Position numbers and translations under genes: made by a program. The notes under the pieces are model-generated. The model was not told where the DNA came from. It was given only the letters and a program-made list of their open reading frames with translations, and did no database searches. A DNA stretch of 64,000 nucleotides from Calcarisporiella thermophila CBS 279.70 (taxonomy: Eukaryota > Fungi > Calcarisporiellomycota): the NCBI RefSeq assembly GCF_041956535.1, contig NW_027192202.1:110018-174017 (forward strand). Reading direction: 5' to 3'. Below are positions 36,524-48,951 of this stretch, piece by piece (within the stretch, counting starts at the first letter, position 1; each line of letters opens with the position of its first letter).

Positions 36524-38194
36524 ATGTCAACCGCATTCCGGGCGCTCCTCGAGCTCTGTAAGCGCCGGGGCTTCCTCTTTCAGTCTGCTGAGATCCACGG
36601 TGGCCTCCGTGGAGCATACGATTATGGACCATTGGGCACAGAACTTAAAAAGAATCTTGCAGCCGTGTGGTGGAACACTAATGTCTACCAGCGTGAGGAC
36701 GTGGTCGGAATCGATACCAGCATTATTACACCGCCCTCGGTCCTGAAGGCTTCTGGGCACGTGGATCAATTCACCGATGCACTGGTGGATTCCCTTCTGA
36801 CGAAAGAGCGATTTCGACCGGACAAAGCTCCGGAGCTGACCTTGATTAAGAAGGAGGGCGAGATGCTGATCCCGATACAGGCGCCGGACAAGGCGGTGGC
36901 GAAGGAGTGGGAGAAAAAGATTAGAGAGCAGATTGTTCCTGGTGCTAAAATATCCCGCAAGGGTCGGGAAATTCTATTGCACGCGGAGGCAATGCGCGAG
37001 GGCCAGCTGATACTTCAGGGAGAAGGAAAAACAAACCATATACAAGTACCCTATAATGGATACGCCGAACCCGATACGAATTCACCATTTCTCACCCACC
37101 CAAGAGCCTTTAATCTCATGTTTAAAACTTTTCTGGACCCAATCGACCCGCTTGATCGCGCCATTCAGGCTGTTCAAGCCACACCACATGGTAATGTACG
37201 CGAGGCCGTGGATGCCTCCCTCGCCTCCTCTACGGTATACTTGAGGCCGGAGACTGCTCAAGGAATTTTCATCAATCTCCCCCACCTCCTCCGTACAACT
37301 CGGCTGCGTCCCCCCTGTGGAGTCGCCCAGCTCGGCAAGTCATTCCGCAACGAAATCAGACTAGAGCATGCAATCTTCCGAACCCCCGAATTTGAGCAAA
37401 TGGAGCTGGAGTATTTCGTTCCGCCGAGTGAGGCAGATGGGTGGTTTACATACTGGAAAGAGCAAAGGATGCAGTGGTGGAGGACTTTGGCAAGAAATCC
37501 GGATGGATTCAGAGCTCGGCCGCACGATCGCAGCGAATTGGCTCACTACGCTAAAGCCTGCGTGGATGTAGAATACAGCTTCCCATGGGGCTGGGGAGAA
37601 GTTGAAGGCGTTGCAAATCGTGGTGACTATGATCTTGTTCAGCATGCACAGGCGACGGGCACCTCATTTGAATGCGGCGGCGACAATGGAGAAAACAAAT
37701 TCCTGCCCCACGTCATCGAATCGTCGTGCGGGTTAAATCGTGCGATGCTGGCGTTCATGCTTGATGCCTATGACGAAGTTGTCGAGGAGGCCAATAGCAG
37801 TAGTGCAAAACACTCCTCACGCCCGGTTCTAAGGTTGCATCCTCTCCTTGCTCCCATCAAGGCCGCCGTCATGCCTCTTATTTCACGTCCGGAGCTCATT
37901 GCTCTCGCTCAGCGTATTGCCGTCAACACACGGAGGCGCATGCGCGAACGAATCGAGTTGGACGCTGCGGGTGGAAATAAGGTTGGCAAGCGCTACTACC
38001 GGCATGATGAGATTGGAACTCCATGGTGCATCACGGTAGATTTTCAAAGTTTGGAAGATGGGAGTGTGACGATTCGCGATCGTGACACAACACAGCAGGT
38101 ACGCGTCCACATGGAAGAAGTCGTTCCCTGGCTGCGCGACAAGATGGAAGTGTATGCTCTTGGCTTTGAGGTAGATGAGTCAGAGAAACAATAA
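36524..38194 (+). CDS. glyQS: Glycyl-tRNA synthetase, alpha2 class IIa, bacterial GlyQS-like, intronless
   Basis: LCKRRGF..GGLRGAYDYGPLGTELKKN, ASGHVDQF, YLRPETAQGIF, QLGKSFRNEI, EFEQMELEYF, EVEGVANRGDYDL, PHVIESSCGLNR, and anticodon domain VGKRYYRHDEIGTPWCITVDF. Confidence 0.93.
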   Translation: MSTAFRALLELCKRRGFLFQSAEIHGGLRGAYDYGPLGTELKKNLAAVWWNTNVYQREDVVGIDTSIITPPSVLKASGHVDQFTDALVDSLLTKERFRPDKAPELTLIKKEGEMLIPIQAPDKAVAKEWEKKIREQIVPGAKISRKGREILLHAEAMREGQLILQGEGKTNHIQVPYNGYAEPDTNSPFLTHPRAFNLMFKTFLDPIDPLDRAIQAVQATPHGNVREAVDASLASSTVYLRPETAQGIFINLPHLLRTTRLRPPCGVAQLGKSFRNEIRLEHAIFRTPEFEQMELEYFVPPSEADGWFTYWKEQRMQWWRTLARNPDGFRARPHDRSELAHYAKACVDVEYSFPWGWGEVEGVANRGDYDLVQHAQATGTSFECGGDNGENKFLPHVIESSCGLNRAMLAFMLDAYDEVVEEANSSSAKHSSRPVLRLHPLLAPIKAAVMPLISRPELIALAQRIAVNTRRRMRERIELDAAGGNKVGKRYYRHDEIGTPWCITVDFQSLEDGSVTIRDRDTTQQVRVHMEEVVPWLRDKMEVYALGFEVDESEKQ

Positions 38195-38412
38195 ATTATT
38201 GTGTATATTTTACTCTCATTGAATAGACTGAGTTTATTTCGAGTTGGGTTGGGTCTGGAAATGTTCTCAGTGTTTAACCTTTAAAACATTATCTAAATGT
38301 ACATAGAAAAAATTGCAGAGGGGATACAATGCGGGATGATTGCAAAAGTGTATAAATGCATAGTACTATTGAAATAAGTTTTGACAAGCCCTCAGAGAAA
38401 CTATTTGTGCAT

Positions 38413-39420
38413 TTAGACGAGAAACACTAGGGAAGCCAACGTGAGGAGAGCGGGGGGCAGGATCTGCAGAGTGCTTGCCGACGACGCTTCGGCCATTGAG
38501 GCCGAACTCATGCCGTTTTGATACGTGGTATAGGACTTGTTGGGATCATTGATTTCGGCTGCTGACGCCACGCCTCCCGTAGACGACTGTCCCGGTTCAG
38601 TCTCCACGGTAAAGTCAGCGGAACCCTGGCTGGAGGCAGAACCAGCTGCTTCCGAGGTGGAGCTCCCACTAGTGCTTGACTCTACTTCAACACTGCTCCC
38701 TTCGGCGCTGGAGGTCGAGTCCCCCGATTCAGCAGTGGTAGCGGAACCCTCGGAGGATGGACTCGTGCTTGACTCGATGGCAGTGGAGGTGCCTTCTCCG
38801 GCGCTGGGAGAGGAGGATTCAGTGGGAGACGAGCTTTCCTTCCTTTCTCGCATAATCTCGTTCATCATCTCCTCCGTCATCCTCCCCTCGCGCACCATCT
38901 CCTTCATCATTTCTTCGCTCATGGTACGCTCCCCTTCAACACCAGCACGAGACATTTCCTCGGACTTCTCCTCGCTCGACATTTCCTTGCCCTCGCCAGC
39001 CATCATTTCAGCATTGTGGGGCGCCTCCGTTTTCGTCTTCGCCTTGCACTTCTTTCGCTTCCCCGACAACACCTGCAACGATCCTTTCATCCCATTCTGG
39101 CAGTGCATTCCTACCGTGCAAAAGAATCCCACTTCTCCGACATGCTTCTCCTCCAATGTGATGTTAAATGAGCTCCCAGCCATCTGCACCCCTGAATCGA
39201 ATCCCCCTTCCGCGCGGTCACAGCTGCCCACCTTTGCAGCTTGAGTGACTGAGTGCATCCCGGCGACAAACTTGAACATGATCATGTCGCCGACATGTAG
39301 GGAGCGAGACTCGGGGGGGAAGTACTTCTGGCCACCTTTGCCGACCTCGATCTCAACCATTTTGGCGAGAGATGGGGAGGCCAAGATTGCGAGCAACGGA
39401 ATGCTAAGGAGCGGACGCAT
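38413..39420 (-). CDS. Secreted, probably GPI-anchored cupredoxin (blue-copper) Ser/Thr-rich protein
   Basis: Signal peptide. Cupredoxin motifs VGDMIMFKF..HSVTQ..C..GFDSG..FFCTVGMHCQNGMKG. Met/Glu-rich segment, S/T/E-rich stalk and hydrophobic C-terminus. Confidence 0.88.
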   Translation of the reverse strand: MRPLLSIPLLAILASPSLAKMVEIEVGKGGQKYFPPESRSLHVGDMIMFKFVAGMHSVTQAAKVGSCDRAEGGFDSGVQMAGSSFNITLEEKHVGEVGFFCTVGMHCQNGMKGSLQVLSGKRKKCKAKTKTEAPHNAEMMAGEGKEMSSEEKSEEMSRAGVEGERTMSEEMMKEMVREGRMTEEMMNEIMRERKESSSPTESSSPSAGEGTSTAIESSTSPSSEGSATTAESGDSTSSAEGSSVEVESSTSGSSTSEAAGSASSQGSADFTVETEPGQSSTGGVASAAEINDPNKSYTTYQNGMSSASMAEASSASTLQILPPALLTLASLVFLV

Positions 39421-40396
39421 TTTTCTAGCGAGGACGTCAATGAAAGAAGAGAGGATGAAAATTGGATGTGAAAGCGACAAAATTTCCCTCCCTTACACAA
39501 AATATGAGGAGGCTAGTCTTTATATTAGGTGGTCATCTCGGTTCCCCCTTCCCCTCTCCCCTTCTCAAACATGGATTCGCTCCTAACCTAAGAGCCTATT
39601 ATGAAAAAAAATTAATCGGGTTTGCAATGGGAAACGTGATATCCTTCGAGAAACATGAGGAAATTAGCCGCTGCCTCTTTGCGTCACCAATTGATTTTCT
39701 GTAAAGTAATAATAAGGAGGTTCATGGTTCCACTTTTCTCCCTTTTCTTTTTGGGTTTCTTCCCTACTTGCACACTTTCTGCTACACCCGCTCCCGACGT
39801 TCCGCCACACCCGCGAAATCTCTGGACATCTCGGGGAATATTTCACGGATGGATGACAGTCACACCTCTCGGTGTGTTTATTTGCGGCGGAGTTTGGCCT
39901 AAATCGTCGACAAGCCTTGGATCCCTGGGATCGAGTGGGTAATACAAGCGCGTTGTCCTCCCCTTCGATGTTCCGAATATGGGCAGCATCACAAGTCGTC
40001 CAATATTGCACCGAATCACTTCCATATCCTCTTAAATAGATTAAAAGTCTTTGACTAATTAGTGCACATATCTATTTTTGTGTATTGGATGGGTCCTCGC
40101 TAGTAGAGGCCGACACAATAATCTTTCCATATCCACGAACATGCTAAGAGATTAAATGAAAATTAGATTGTTTGGCTAATTAGACAAGTGCCATCGGCGC
40201 CAAATTCCCGGTACATTCGAGGGAATAGACCAATGTCTTTTGCAATGTGAACTATTTCTCATTTGATCTAACACAAATCTAATCCACCCCGAAATGCTTC
40301 TCTATTCACACAAGTCAACGATTCAAGCCATCTCGAACTCTAATAAATCAACATGATAGCCATCCATATATACACAGATTAAACAATCCCAGCGCT

Positions 40397-41995
40397 CTAT
40401 TCAAATGACGGCGGTATACGGCGAACTATTTCCGAATACTGCCCAAGTTTGTCGACGCCTTTTCCGTACCAGAACATCACCCACTGGGTGTCAGGAACTC
40501 GGTAATAACCATCCGCTCTCTCAAAATACCACTTGTTTATTCCGTTGGTTGCGCGGCTCCTCCACATCAGATCGGGATAGGCTTCACGAGTACGCTTCCA
40601 GAGGAGATCGGTGAGTCCTACTCCCTGCATCTTGGGGTCGATCGCAAATTTATCCATGTAGGATACACTCTGGGTACCAGCATGTGCAGGATTCAGTGGC
40701 TCTGAAGTGACGACGACTGCGCCATAATAGTCGCCAGCAATAATCACGCTCAAAAGCTTCTTCTCCAACCGCTCGTAAAATCGGTTCGAATTCAGCGTTC
40801 TGCCAAAGGAAGCCTCCAGCAATTGCGTCAAATCTGGCCGGGATATCTCCTCAGCAGAGCGATACTCTCTGACACGCCATCCATGACGGAAAACAGTGGC
40901 TGCCGATTTTTGGCGGTCGGGTTTGTCCGTGATCAGATTGGCAATCAAAGCTGTAGAGGTTGCGTGCGCAGGGACTATGATGCCAGAGGAGGTCAGAGGT
41001 AGCCCAGCCAAACACTTGCGAAGTAGCGATATTTCATCACGTGTGCCGGAAGAGACTGCAGAGGAATGCACGACCTCGTCGTACTCATCCTCTAAATTCA
41101 CCAACTGGCGCACCGCTCCTTTGGCATCTCTCGGCCCACCTTCTCTATTCACAATGATGACTTTTGAGGGCTGTAGGTGAGGTGAACACATTGATCCGCC
41201 GCTGGCCGACTCTGCTTGCGAGAGACCCTCAACCAGTGATGCGACAGCATCGTCTCCAGTAAACGGAACTTGCGTAGACGCCGAAGAAAAGCCAATGGGA
41301 ACCACCACTGGGATTTGTCCCAACTGGAAAGCCGACTGAATCGGCTCTAATACAGATGCGATCTCTGGCCGGGTGTCTGCCCCGGTGTCTTTCAAGGTAA
41401 ACACGCCGCTCACCGGCCGTGCTCTTCCACCAATTTTCTCTATAACTTCAGCGAATTCAAATGCATCTCTGATTAATTGTCTCCCTCTCCCCTCATCCCC
41501 TCCTATTTGAGAGGTCCTCAAATCCTCAACTACAATGATTGGCATCATTCCCAGTTTTTTCAGCTGAGTCATCGTGGCGGCAATGCCTTCTATCTCTCTC
41601 AGGGAAAATGGCCCTATCACCTTGATAACACACACACGATTGAATGTAGGCGACAGGATCCATTCCGTGCGCTCCTTTCCGGTGAGATCAGTGGTATTCT
41701 CGGGCGCAAATTGCTTGAGGAATTGTTTGGCCTCGCGCTGGGAAGGATAGGTGTTTAGGATCTTGAAGATGAGCTCGCGATCACGCAGTGTTTTTGATTG
41801 GGGGTATATTTTATCTAGATTGGTTCGAAGTGCAGGCTTCTGAGGGATTTTGAGCGAGATTTGCTATAGTGCATCTGAGTATATCAAAGGTATTACCTGA
41901 GAAAATAATCTGACACCGATGGCATAGCATGGATGTCGGGAGTTGAAGAACGTGCGATGGGATAAGAATAGCTTGCTATGTAATGATCGTGCCAT
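40397..41995 (-). CDS. ARG2: Mitochondrial N-acetylglutamate synthase (amino-acid acetyltransferase)
   Basis: Presequence-like MARSLHSKLFLSHRTFF, RELIFKILNTYPSQREAKQFL, LIANLITDKP, and NAT domain YMDKFAI..LWK..WRSRATNGINKWYFERADG..WVMFWYG. Confidence 0.88.
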
Positions 41996-42248
41996 AATGG
42001 AAGGCTGTGTGCTATCAAAATGTATAAGACATTATGCATCCGAGATCGCTTTATTCTTTAATTAAGAACACTTAAATTTTGATTGGCAGCATACAGTTTG
42101 ACATGAGATGAGTAAAAAAAATTGAGTTAAATTATGGAAGATTAAAGCATAGTAATTACAATAGATATCAACACAGCAAAAAGCGAAGAAAAAGCATAGG
42201 CAAGAGGTACAAAGGGAACTCTAAAAATGGGATTTAGCAATGCAATTG

Positions 42249-43809
42249 TTATGAAAAATAAGATGTATTTTGTCTTAAATTATAGGTGAGAAGCTGGTCA
42301 ATCATCAAGTATGTTAGCCGAACATCCATTACCGGAAATAGCTATTAAAAACAATCAAAAAGAATTAAGTGTACAGTTGATTACATATAGGGAGTGGCAT
42401 ATAGTTTTACCTTGATCTTTCCTTCTGACGCAACATAGGCCACATTGGTCCCCAAACGCACCAAACTTAGACGCGACAAATGAATGTTTGAATGATGTAG
42501 AAAATGGCTCTCAACACCTTGAATCAGTGTGATGTCTTGATCGCTTCGTCGTGACAATCGTTGAACTCTGCAGCCCAAGGTATGAGATGATAATGCCGTC
42601 TAATACGAGAAACTGCCACTTACTTTTCGTATATTTGCTTTGCATCCTCAAGAGTAATGGTCAGTGTGATTGTTTTCAGTTCTGTAATATCTCCGAGTGC
42701 ATAGGTTAATTCAAGCGGTCTAGCTAGATACTTTCGGCCGGGAACTAGTATAAAATGTAAAATATAAGGATCTCCAAATAGAGAAAGTACCCAAATGACT
42801 GAACACTTGCTTCGATTCCCATCCCGCACCCTGTCTTTTAGTTGCCACTGAGCCCACTGCTCTGCCATTTCCATCAATTCGAACGGCTGCAATCGAAACT
42901 TGCATATCCTACAATCAAATTTCGTCTGAAACCATTCCGAGATGAGGTTTGTAAGCCATTGAGGAGCCTTTAGAAGGAGAACAGGATATGGTGAGAACTG
43001 CGAGGCTTTGCCTAAGAAAAGTTCAACCAATATTCGTTGAGTAAACTAGCTGAAGAAATGAAAAGAGGGTAAAAAGTGGTTACCTTTTAGCAATTCTGGA
43101 TAGTCGTTCTTTCTTGCCGAAAAGAAGATGGCATAATAAGCTTGTTCTTTTGCATTTGCTAGATTAATTCAAAATGGTTCAGTAGCTCTTCCCTGATAAT
43201 GCCTTGATAGTACATACAATTTGCCTGGCAGGATATTTTCACTCCAAATGGGTCAGCCAAATAATCATCTAGAATCAATATATGTATTTGAGTATTTGCA
43301 GAGCCCAAAATGCATTTGGATAAAACTTACTTTCAACCTCCACATCCAATTCAAAGAATGACAGATCTATTATCTTCCACCCCTTTCTAATGCCTGTTTC
43401 TTCTTCATTATTTTTTTCGTATTCACCATCAATGGCTGCCACCGCTTCCTCCGCCGCCTGTGCAATGCCTTGTAGTTGCCCCTTAAGCCACTCTTGAAAA
43501 TCTTGCGCGTAAGCATGAAATTGAGTAGCATCGAACCGGTAAAGAGGGGTACAATGGTGTGTGGTCAGTGTTTTGCTGAGAAGAATTTCTGTTGCGCACA
43601 CCAAAATATTAGATTTAGCAGAATAAGAAAACCCATTAGTAACGGTGTAACTTGCCTAGATTATATGTGTCGATGGTAGTCGATTCGCTTTGGATTTGAG
43701 ATCGCGACGATTTGGAAACTACACGCTCACGACTGCTAGCAGCACCGCGTGGACGCCCGCGAGTGCGCATGGGAGGTGTAAACTGGACGGCGCGGCTGGT
43801 GCTAGCCAT
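42249..43809 (-). CDS. CENPL: Kinetochore protein CENP-L/Fta1-like
   Basis: HHCTPLYRF, YPVLLLKAPQWLTNLISEWFQTKFDCRI, LELTY..LKTITLTI, HFLHHSNIHLSRLSLVRLGTNVAYVASEGKIK. About 6 introns. Confidence 0.75.
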
Positions 43810-44560
43810 GTTTATCTGGGTTTACTATGATCTCCAAAATAATATAGAAACGCGAAATATCCTAAATTAAAATGTTTGGGGGAACCTAACCTAATATAAC
43901 CTAAGAAACCCAATCCGTGACGGTGTAAAGTTGCCATTTGTACCAACTCTGTTTTCTGCACTACCATGCTTGCCCTAACGATGATGAGGCGGGAAACGAG
44001 GATGTCACCAGCCAAATTTTCGGCCTGATCTGGGTAGGTTCAGCAGCATAATGGGACACCATAAAAATTAATGGAAATTCTATTTTATCGCACCATTCAA
44101 TTGGCCGCGTCGAGGAAGAGGATCTTCAAGCATTCTGAAAAATTCTTTGCGTGTAAAACAGGTAATACTATTACTCTTTTCGCAGCCCTTAAAATTTCTT
44201 ATATACCTCCTTGTTTTCTTATCGTGGCCCATTGCTTTTCCTTTTTCCGCCTCGCCCAACCTCCGCTGCTCATTCTCTCCTTCAATTCCTATCATCCTCT
44301 AGGAGTGGTAATCGTACATTCCTTTTGTGTCTTCGAATTTTCTACTCTCAGCATTTAGTCCTTTTTCCCACCATCTAATTCGCTGCAGTCGATCGATTAC
44401 TCTCCTTTCCCCTCTACCCAAGACTGGTGCGACAGTGGATGAGGGGAGCAGCCTAATACTGTATATATCATTTTGGAAACATACCGAGACACCGCTGAGC
44501 CGAGAAAAGTGAGGCGGAATACAACGGTAATATCCATATTATATCACATAAAAGGATAAA

Positions 44561-47500
44561 ATGAAAGTTGGTTCAGAAGAGAAGCCCATTACTCACGACA
44601 CACATGACACTGGTTTGGGTTCCGATCCCGTAAGAATACATCCCGAGGATAATGGCGATACGCATGTGCAATTTTTTACAGAAAGGCCAAGCCGGCATCT
44701 CAATTCCTCCAACCGCAGCAATCTAAACCGACAACGTTCCCTAACGCGTCCGGAGCGTCAGCGGGCACGTATGCCATTGCTCGGAGAAGTCGTTCCGGGT
44801 GGCACAGATTTAAGACGAATGCACTCGGTATTCAAAAGGCAGCCAGGGAACAGAAGTAGTATACAAGGCACACAGGTAATGGAGGACAAGGTAAAGACAA
44901 GAGTAAAAAGCAAGAGCAAATGGCATTGCAGGCCATGGACATGGTTTTCCTGGGTGATGACTTGTTGCTGCCCCGGGTTCTGCTTAAGCTCAATGGGGAA
45001 AGGCGATCCTCTTATGCAACAAGCGTGGAGAGAAAAGGTAGGATGGTTTATTTGTCGCGCGTATTTCTCAATAATAATTTTGTATTTTTTTTTATCAGGT
45101 TTCGCTCTGCCTCATCGCATTCTTCTTTTGTAGTATTCTTGGCTTTCTTACCTTTGGCATTCAACCATCTCTTTGTCCTGAGAAACGCGAGTTTTTCTCC
45201 TATACCCAAAAACAAAATGGAAAAATCATCAAAGTGTATCGCGAGCATATCACAGTATATGGGCAGCTCTACAGTTTTGAGCTCGTCCGGGATTTCCTTG
45301 CCAATTACGGAGTTCCTGATCTCTCCACGGACTACAAAGGGGTTGATTTATCACCACTCTTTGACGCAACCAACGGTGCTTGTAGTGCATATGATGGGGG
45401 AAGGAAATCAACCGCGGAATGTTCAGTAAGTAGCCCTTATGGTGGATCAATACGTTTACCCACGTGTATCCCCCTCAGCCAACTTCAACGTTCGCTGAAA
45501 CCTTTGGGCGTGTTGTTCTACGAATGGGAGAACTTGAGATCAAATAGCGTAGACCTATCGCCCCAGTTGATGGTTCTGAATAATAGAGGTACTAAAATAC
45601 CATCATAGCAGTTTTTTTCTCCTAACCATACCTAATACTATATTTTTGTTTGTTATCAGTTTTGAACATGTCCAGCTATTTAAATAGCTACGACTCTTAC
45701 TTTGGCCCAGTAGTCCACAACCTCATCCTAAAAAATATTGGCAGGGACGCAACTGCTGCCTTTGCGTCCCACTATGACACCAATTCCGTAATCCCATGTT
45801 TGCAACTTCGCTATAACGTGGGCGCCCTCTCAAGCGACACGATTGGGTGTTTTGCTTCCAATGTGATCATGTATGTCTCCCTCGCAGTCATCGTTGCGCT
45901 GATTGTTGTAAGATTTGCGATGGCAGTTGCGTTTAACTGGTTTATTTCACACCGCCTTGTGAAGCCAGGTGGGCGACATGGAATGCCGTGGTCGAGAAAT
46001 GCAGGGCAAGGTGGCCATGTTCAGAGACCAGAGTCGTTTTATGAGGATAAGACTGGAGAAAGAACGATGCACTCGGAATGGAGGCAATCGCTTGCTGGCT
46101 CTATGTTTTTGGGCCGTCCCCGCTCCTACTCTCGGTTCAGCCAATTGCCACCCACTGTGGCTACACGGTCTGAAGTGTCATCCCAATCCCATCAAACTAT
46201 TGATACAAAACTCTACACAGTGATGATGGTGACGTGCTATTCGGAGGGATCCTCTGGTATTCGAACCACTCTGGACTCTCTCGCTGCGACTACTTATTCG
46301 CCAAAGCACAAGTTGTTTTTCATCGTGTGTGACGGTATCATTACTGGCCATGGTAATGCGAAATCAACGCCCGAGTTGGTTGTGGACATGCTGGAGCTTG
46401 AGAGCCACATGAGAGATCCGAAGCCATGCTCATATGTCGCGATTGCAGATGGTGAGAAGCGGCATAATATGGTTAAAGTGGTGAGTCGCTTTGTTTTCGC
46501 TCGAATCCTGATAAATTGGCCAAACCTTTGTTTTTCCCCTGCTAGTATGCTGGACACTATGTTTACAAGGACAACTGGGTGCCTACCGTCGTCGTCGTCA
46601 AGTGTGGCACTCCCTCCGAGGCATTACACCCGAAGCCTGGAAATCGTGGCAAGCGAGACTCTCAGGTTATTTTGATGACCTTTTTCCAGCATGTCCTCTT
46701 CAACGATCGTATGACGGAGTTAGACTATGAACTCTTTTGGAAAATGACATGGCTTATGGGCGGAGTTACGCCAGACAAGTTTGAGACGGTTCTGATGGTC
46801 GATGCCGACACGAAAGTCATGCCCGACTCTCTAGATCACATGGTTGCGGCCATGGTCAATGATGTCACAATCATGGGTATATGTGGCGAGACCAGGATTG
46901 CAAATAAGCGGCAATCATGTAAGTTCCTCTATACTTGGTAGAGCTACGTGTCATAAATTATACATCTTTGTATACGCTTTACAGGGGTAACGGCTATTCA
47001 AGTGTTCGAGTACTATATTAATCACCACTATGCAAAGGCTTTTGAGTCGGTGTTTGGAGGCGTTACGTGTTTGCCTGGCTGTTTTTGCATGTACCGTATC
47101 AAGGCCCCTAAGAGTGGCGGCTGGGTACCCATTCTCGCCAATCCGGATATCCTCCTTGAGTATAACCAGAACATAGTCACTACGTTGCACGCAAAGAATC
47201 TTCTCCTACTTGGAGAGGACCGCTTTCTCTCCACCCTAATGCTACGCACTTTTCCAAAGCGCCAGATGCTTTTCGTCCCTCAGGCCGTATGCAAAACCAT
47301 TGTTCCTGATACCTTCTCCGTGCTTCTATCCCAGCGGAGACGCTGGATCAATTCGACCATACACAACCTAATGGAGTTGGTGCTGGTATCGGATCTGTGT
47401 GGAATCGCGTGTTTGTCGATGCAATTCGCCGTGTTTATCGAGCTTATGGGCACGGTGGTGCTGCCTGCCGCTATCTGTTTCACGGGATGGTTGATCATTT

Positions 47501-48665
47501 CTTCATTCATTGGGACGCCGCAAGTGATCCCGCTCCTATTGCTTGCGGCTGTTTTGGGCCTGCCTGCATTTCTTATCGTGATTACAACTAGGAAATTGGT
47601 GTATGTCGGGTGGATGCTTGGTAAATCTTAGTTTATGCAATTTAAGGGGACCGTTTTTTATGTGCTAACATTAACCTCCTTGCTTTTATTTCTTTAGTGT
47701 ATCTAATATCGTTACCCATTTGGAATTTCGTTCTCCCAGTGTATGCTTACTGGCATTTCGATGATTTTTCCTGGGGTCAGACTCGCCGTGTCGCCGGAGA
47801 AACTGGAAAAGACGACCATGGGGCAAAAGAAGGCGAGTTCGATTCCTCTAGCATAGCAATGAAAAAATGGGAGGAGTGGGAGCGCGAGCGGCTTGGAGTG
47901 CGAAAGCCTGCGCAGCGGTTAACTCTACGCGAAAGCTCCTATGATACCTTAAACAAACTGCATCTCATGGGTCTGGAGATACCCCCGCCGGCCACAAGGC
48001 CGATTTCACACTCATACAGTTCACACAGTCTTTACCATCCTTCGGATGGGCTGGGCATTTCGAACGCACACTCTGGAGGACGGCTGGGCAGAGCAAGCTA
48101 TATACCCTCTCCCTCGCCTCGTCTCTCCTCATACGGCTCCTCACCCACCCTACTCAACGCAGCCTCCACTCTCAAAGCGGGCGCGAGGCCATACTCCACC
48201 TACTCTGGTCGTAGGAGCACCTATCTTTCCCCGCGAAACCCCGCACGGCTCTCCGCCTTCCCCACCCAACGTCCCGTGGTGAGCATGATCAATGGTCGGA
48301 CAAGTGCGCTGATACCAAGACATTCGTTGACGGGCCAAAACATTTTGATGATGAGCTCACCGATGTCGTCCGATGACGATTTACCAGCCCAGGGAGATTT
48401 TGGAGAGGACTCCAACCTCGGCCGTCGGGGGAGAAAGCTCTCGGACACGTCGCTGCTGAGGTCACCGGAATTAGCTTTGAGCCAAGCTGGCGGAGATGAC
48501 TCATTTAGATATGAGGAGAGTTCGCCGGATCCGACAAGTTGGGAAGGCGGATCCGCTGTCGGCACAGCTTACAAGCATCATGCAGAAGTCTCTGCACAAT
48601 ATTCGTTGCCGTCGCCGGCGACTCTCCCCTATGGAGATAGCACCCCTCCGCCAAATAGTAGATAA
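44561..48665 (+). CDS. CHS3: Chitin synthase, class IV (Chs3-like)
   Basis: [16 protein letters not shown], cytochrome-b5-like [66 protein letters not shown]. Confidence 0.95.
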
Positions 48666-48951
48666 AATTGTTTTCTTACCTTGTTTTGCTGCTTTCTTTG
48701 GACCCTACTTCTGTAATAATAATGATTCTAACGCTGAATAATGCTTGTACTCGAGCCATGCCCTCCTACAGTTTCGAAATCTCGGGTCATCATTTCGCCA
48801 CCTCACAGAGGTAATAAAGAGCGATTACGGAAAGTGTGTCCATGTGTAATACATGAGCACATGCTGTGCCACACTCCATCATTCCCACGCTTCGTGTATA
48901 TATCGAAATTCTCCTCGCGTTCGGTTTTACGAAAAAAATTGCGAAAAAAAA

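Noticed and set aside
44026-44058. CCTGATCTGGGTAGGTTCAGC resembling the 3' half of a TPP riboswitch
   Set aside because: The required upstream CTGAGA element is absent, the loop deviates from consensus, and the flanking genes are not thiamine-related.
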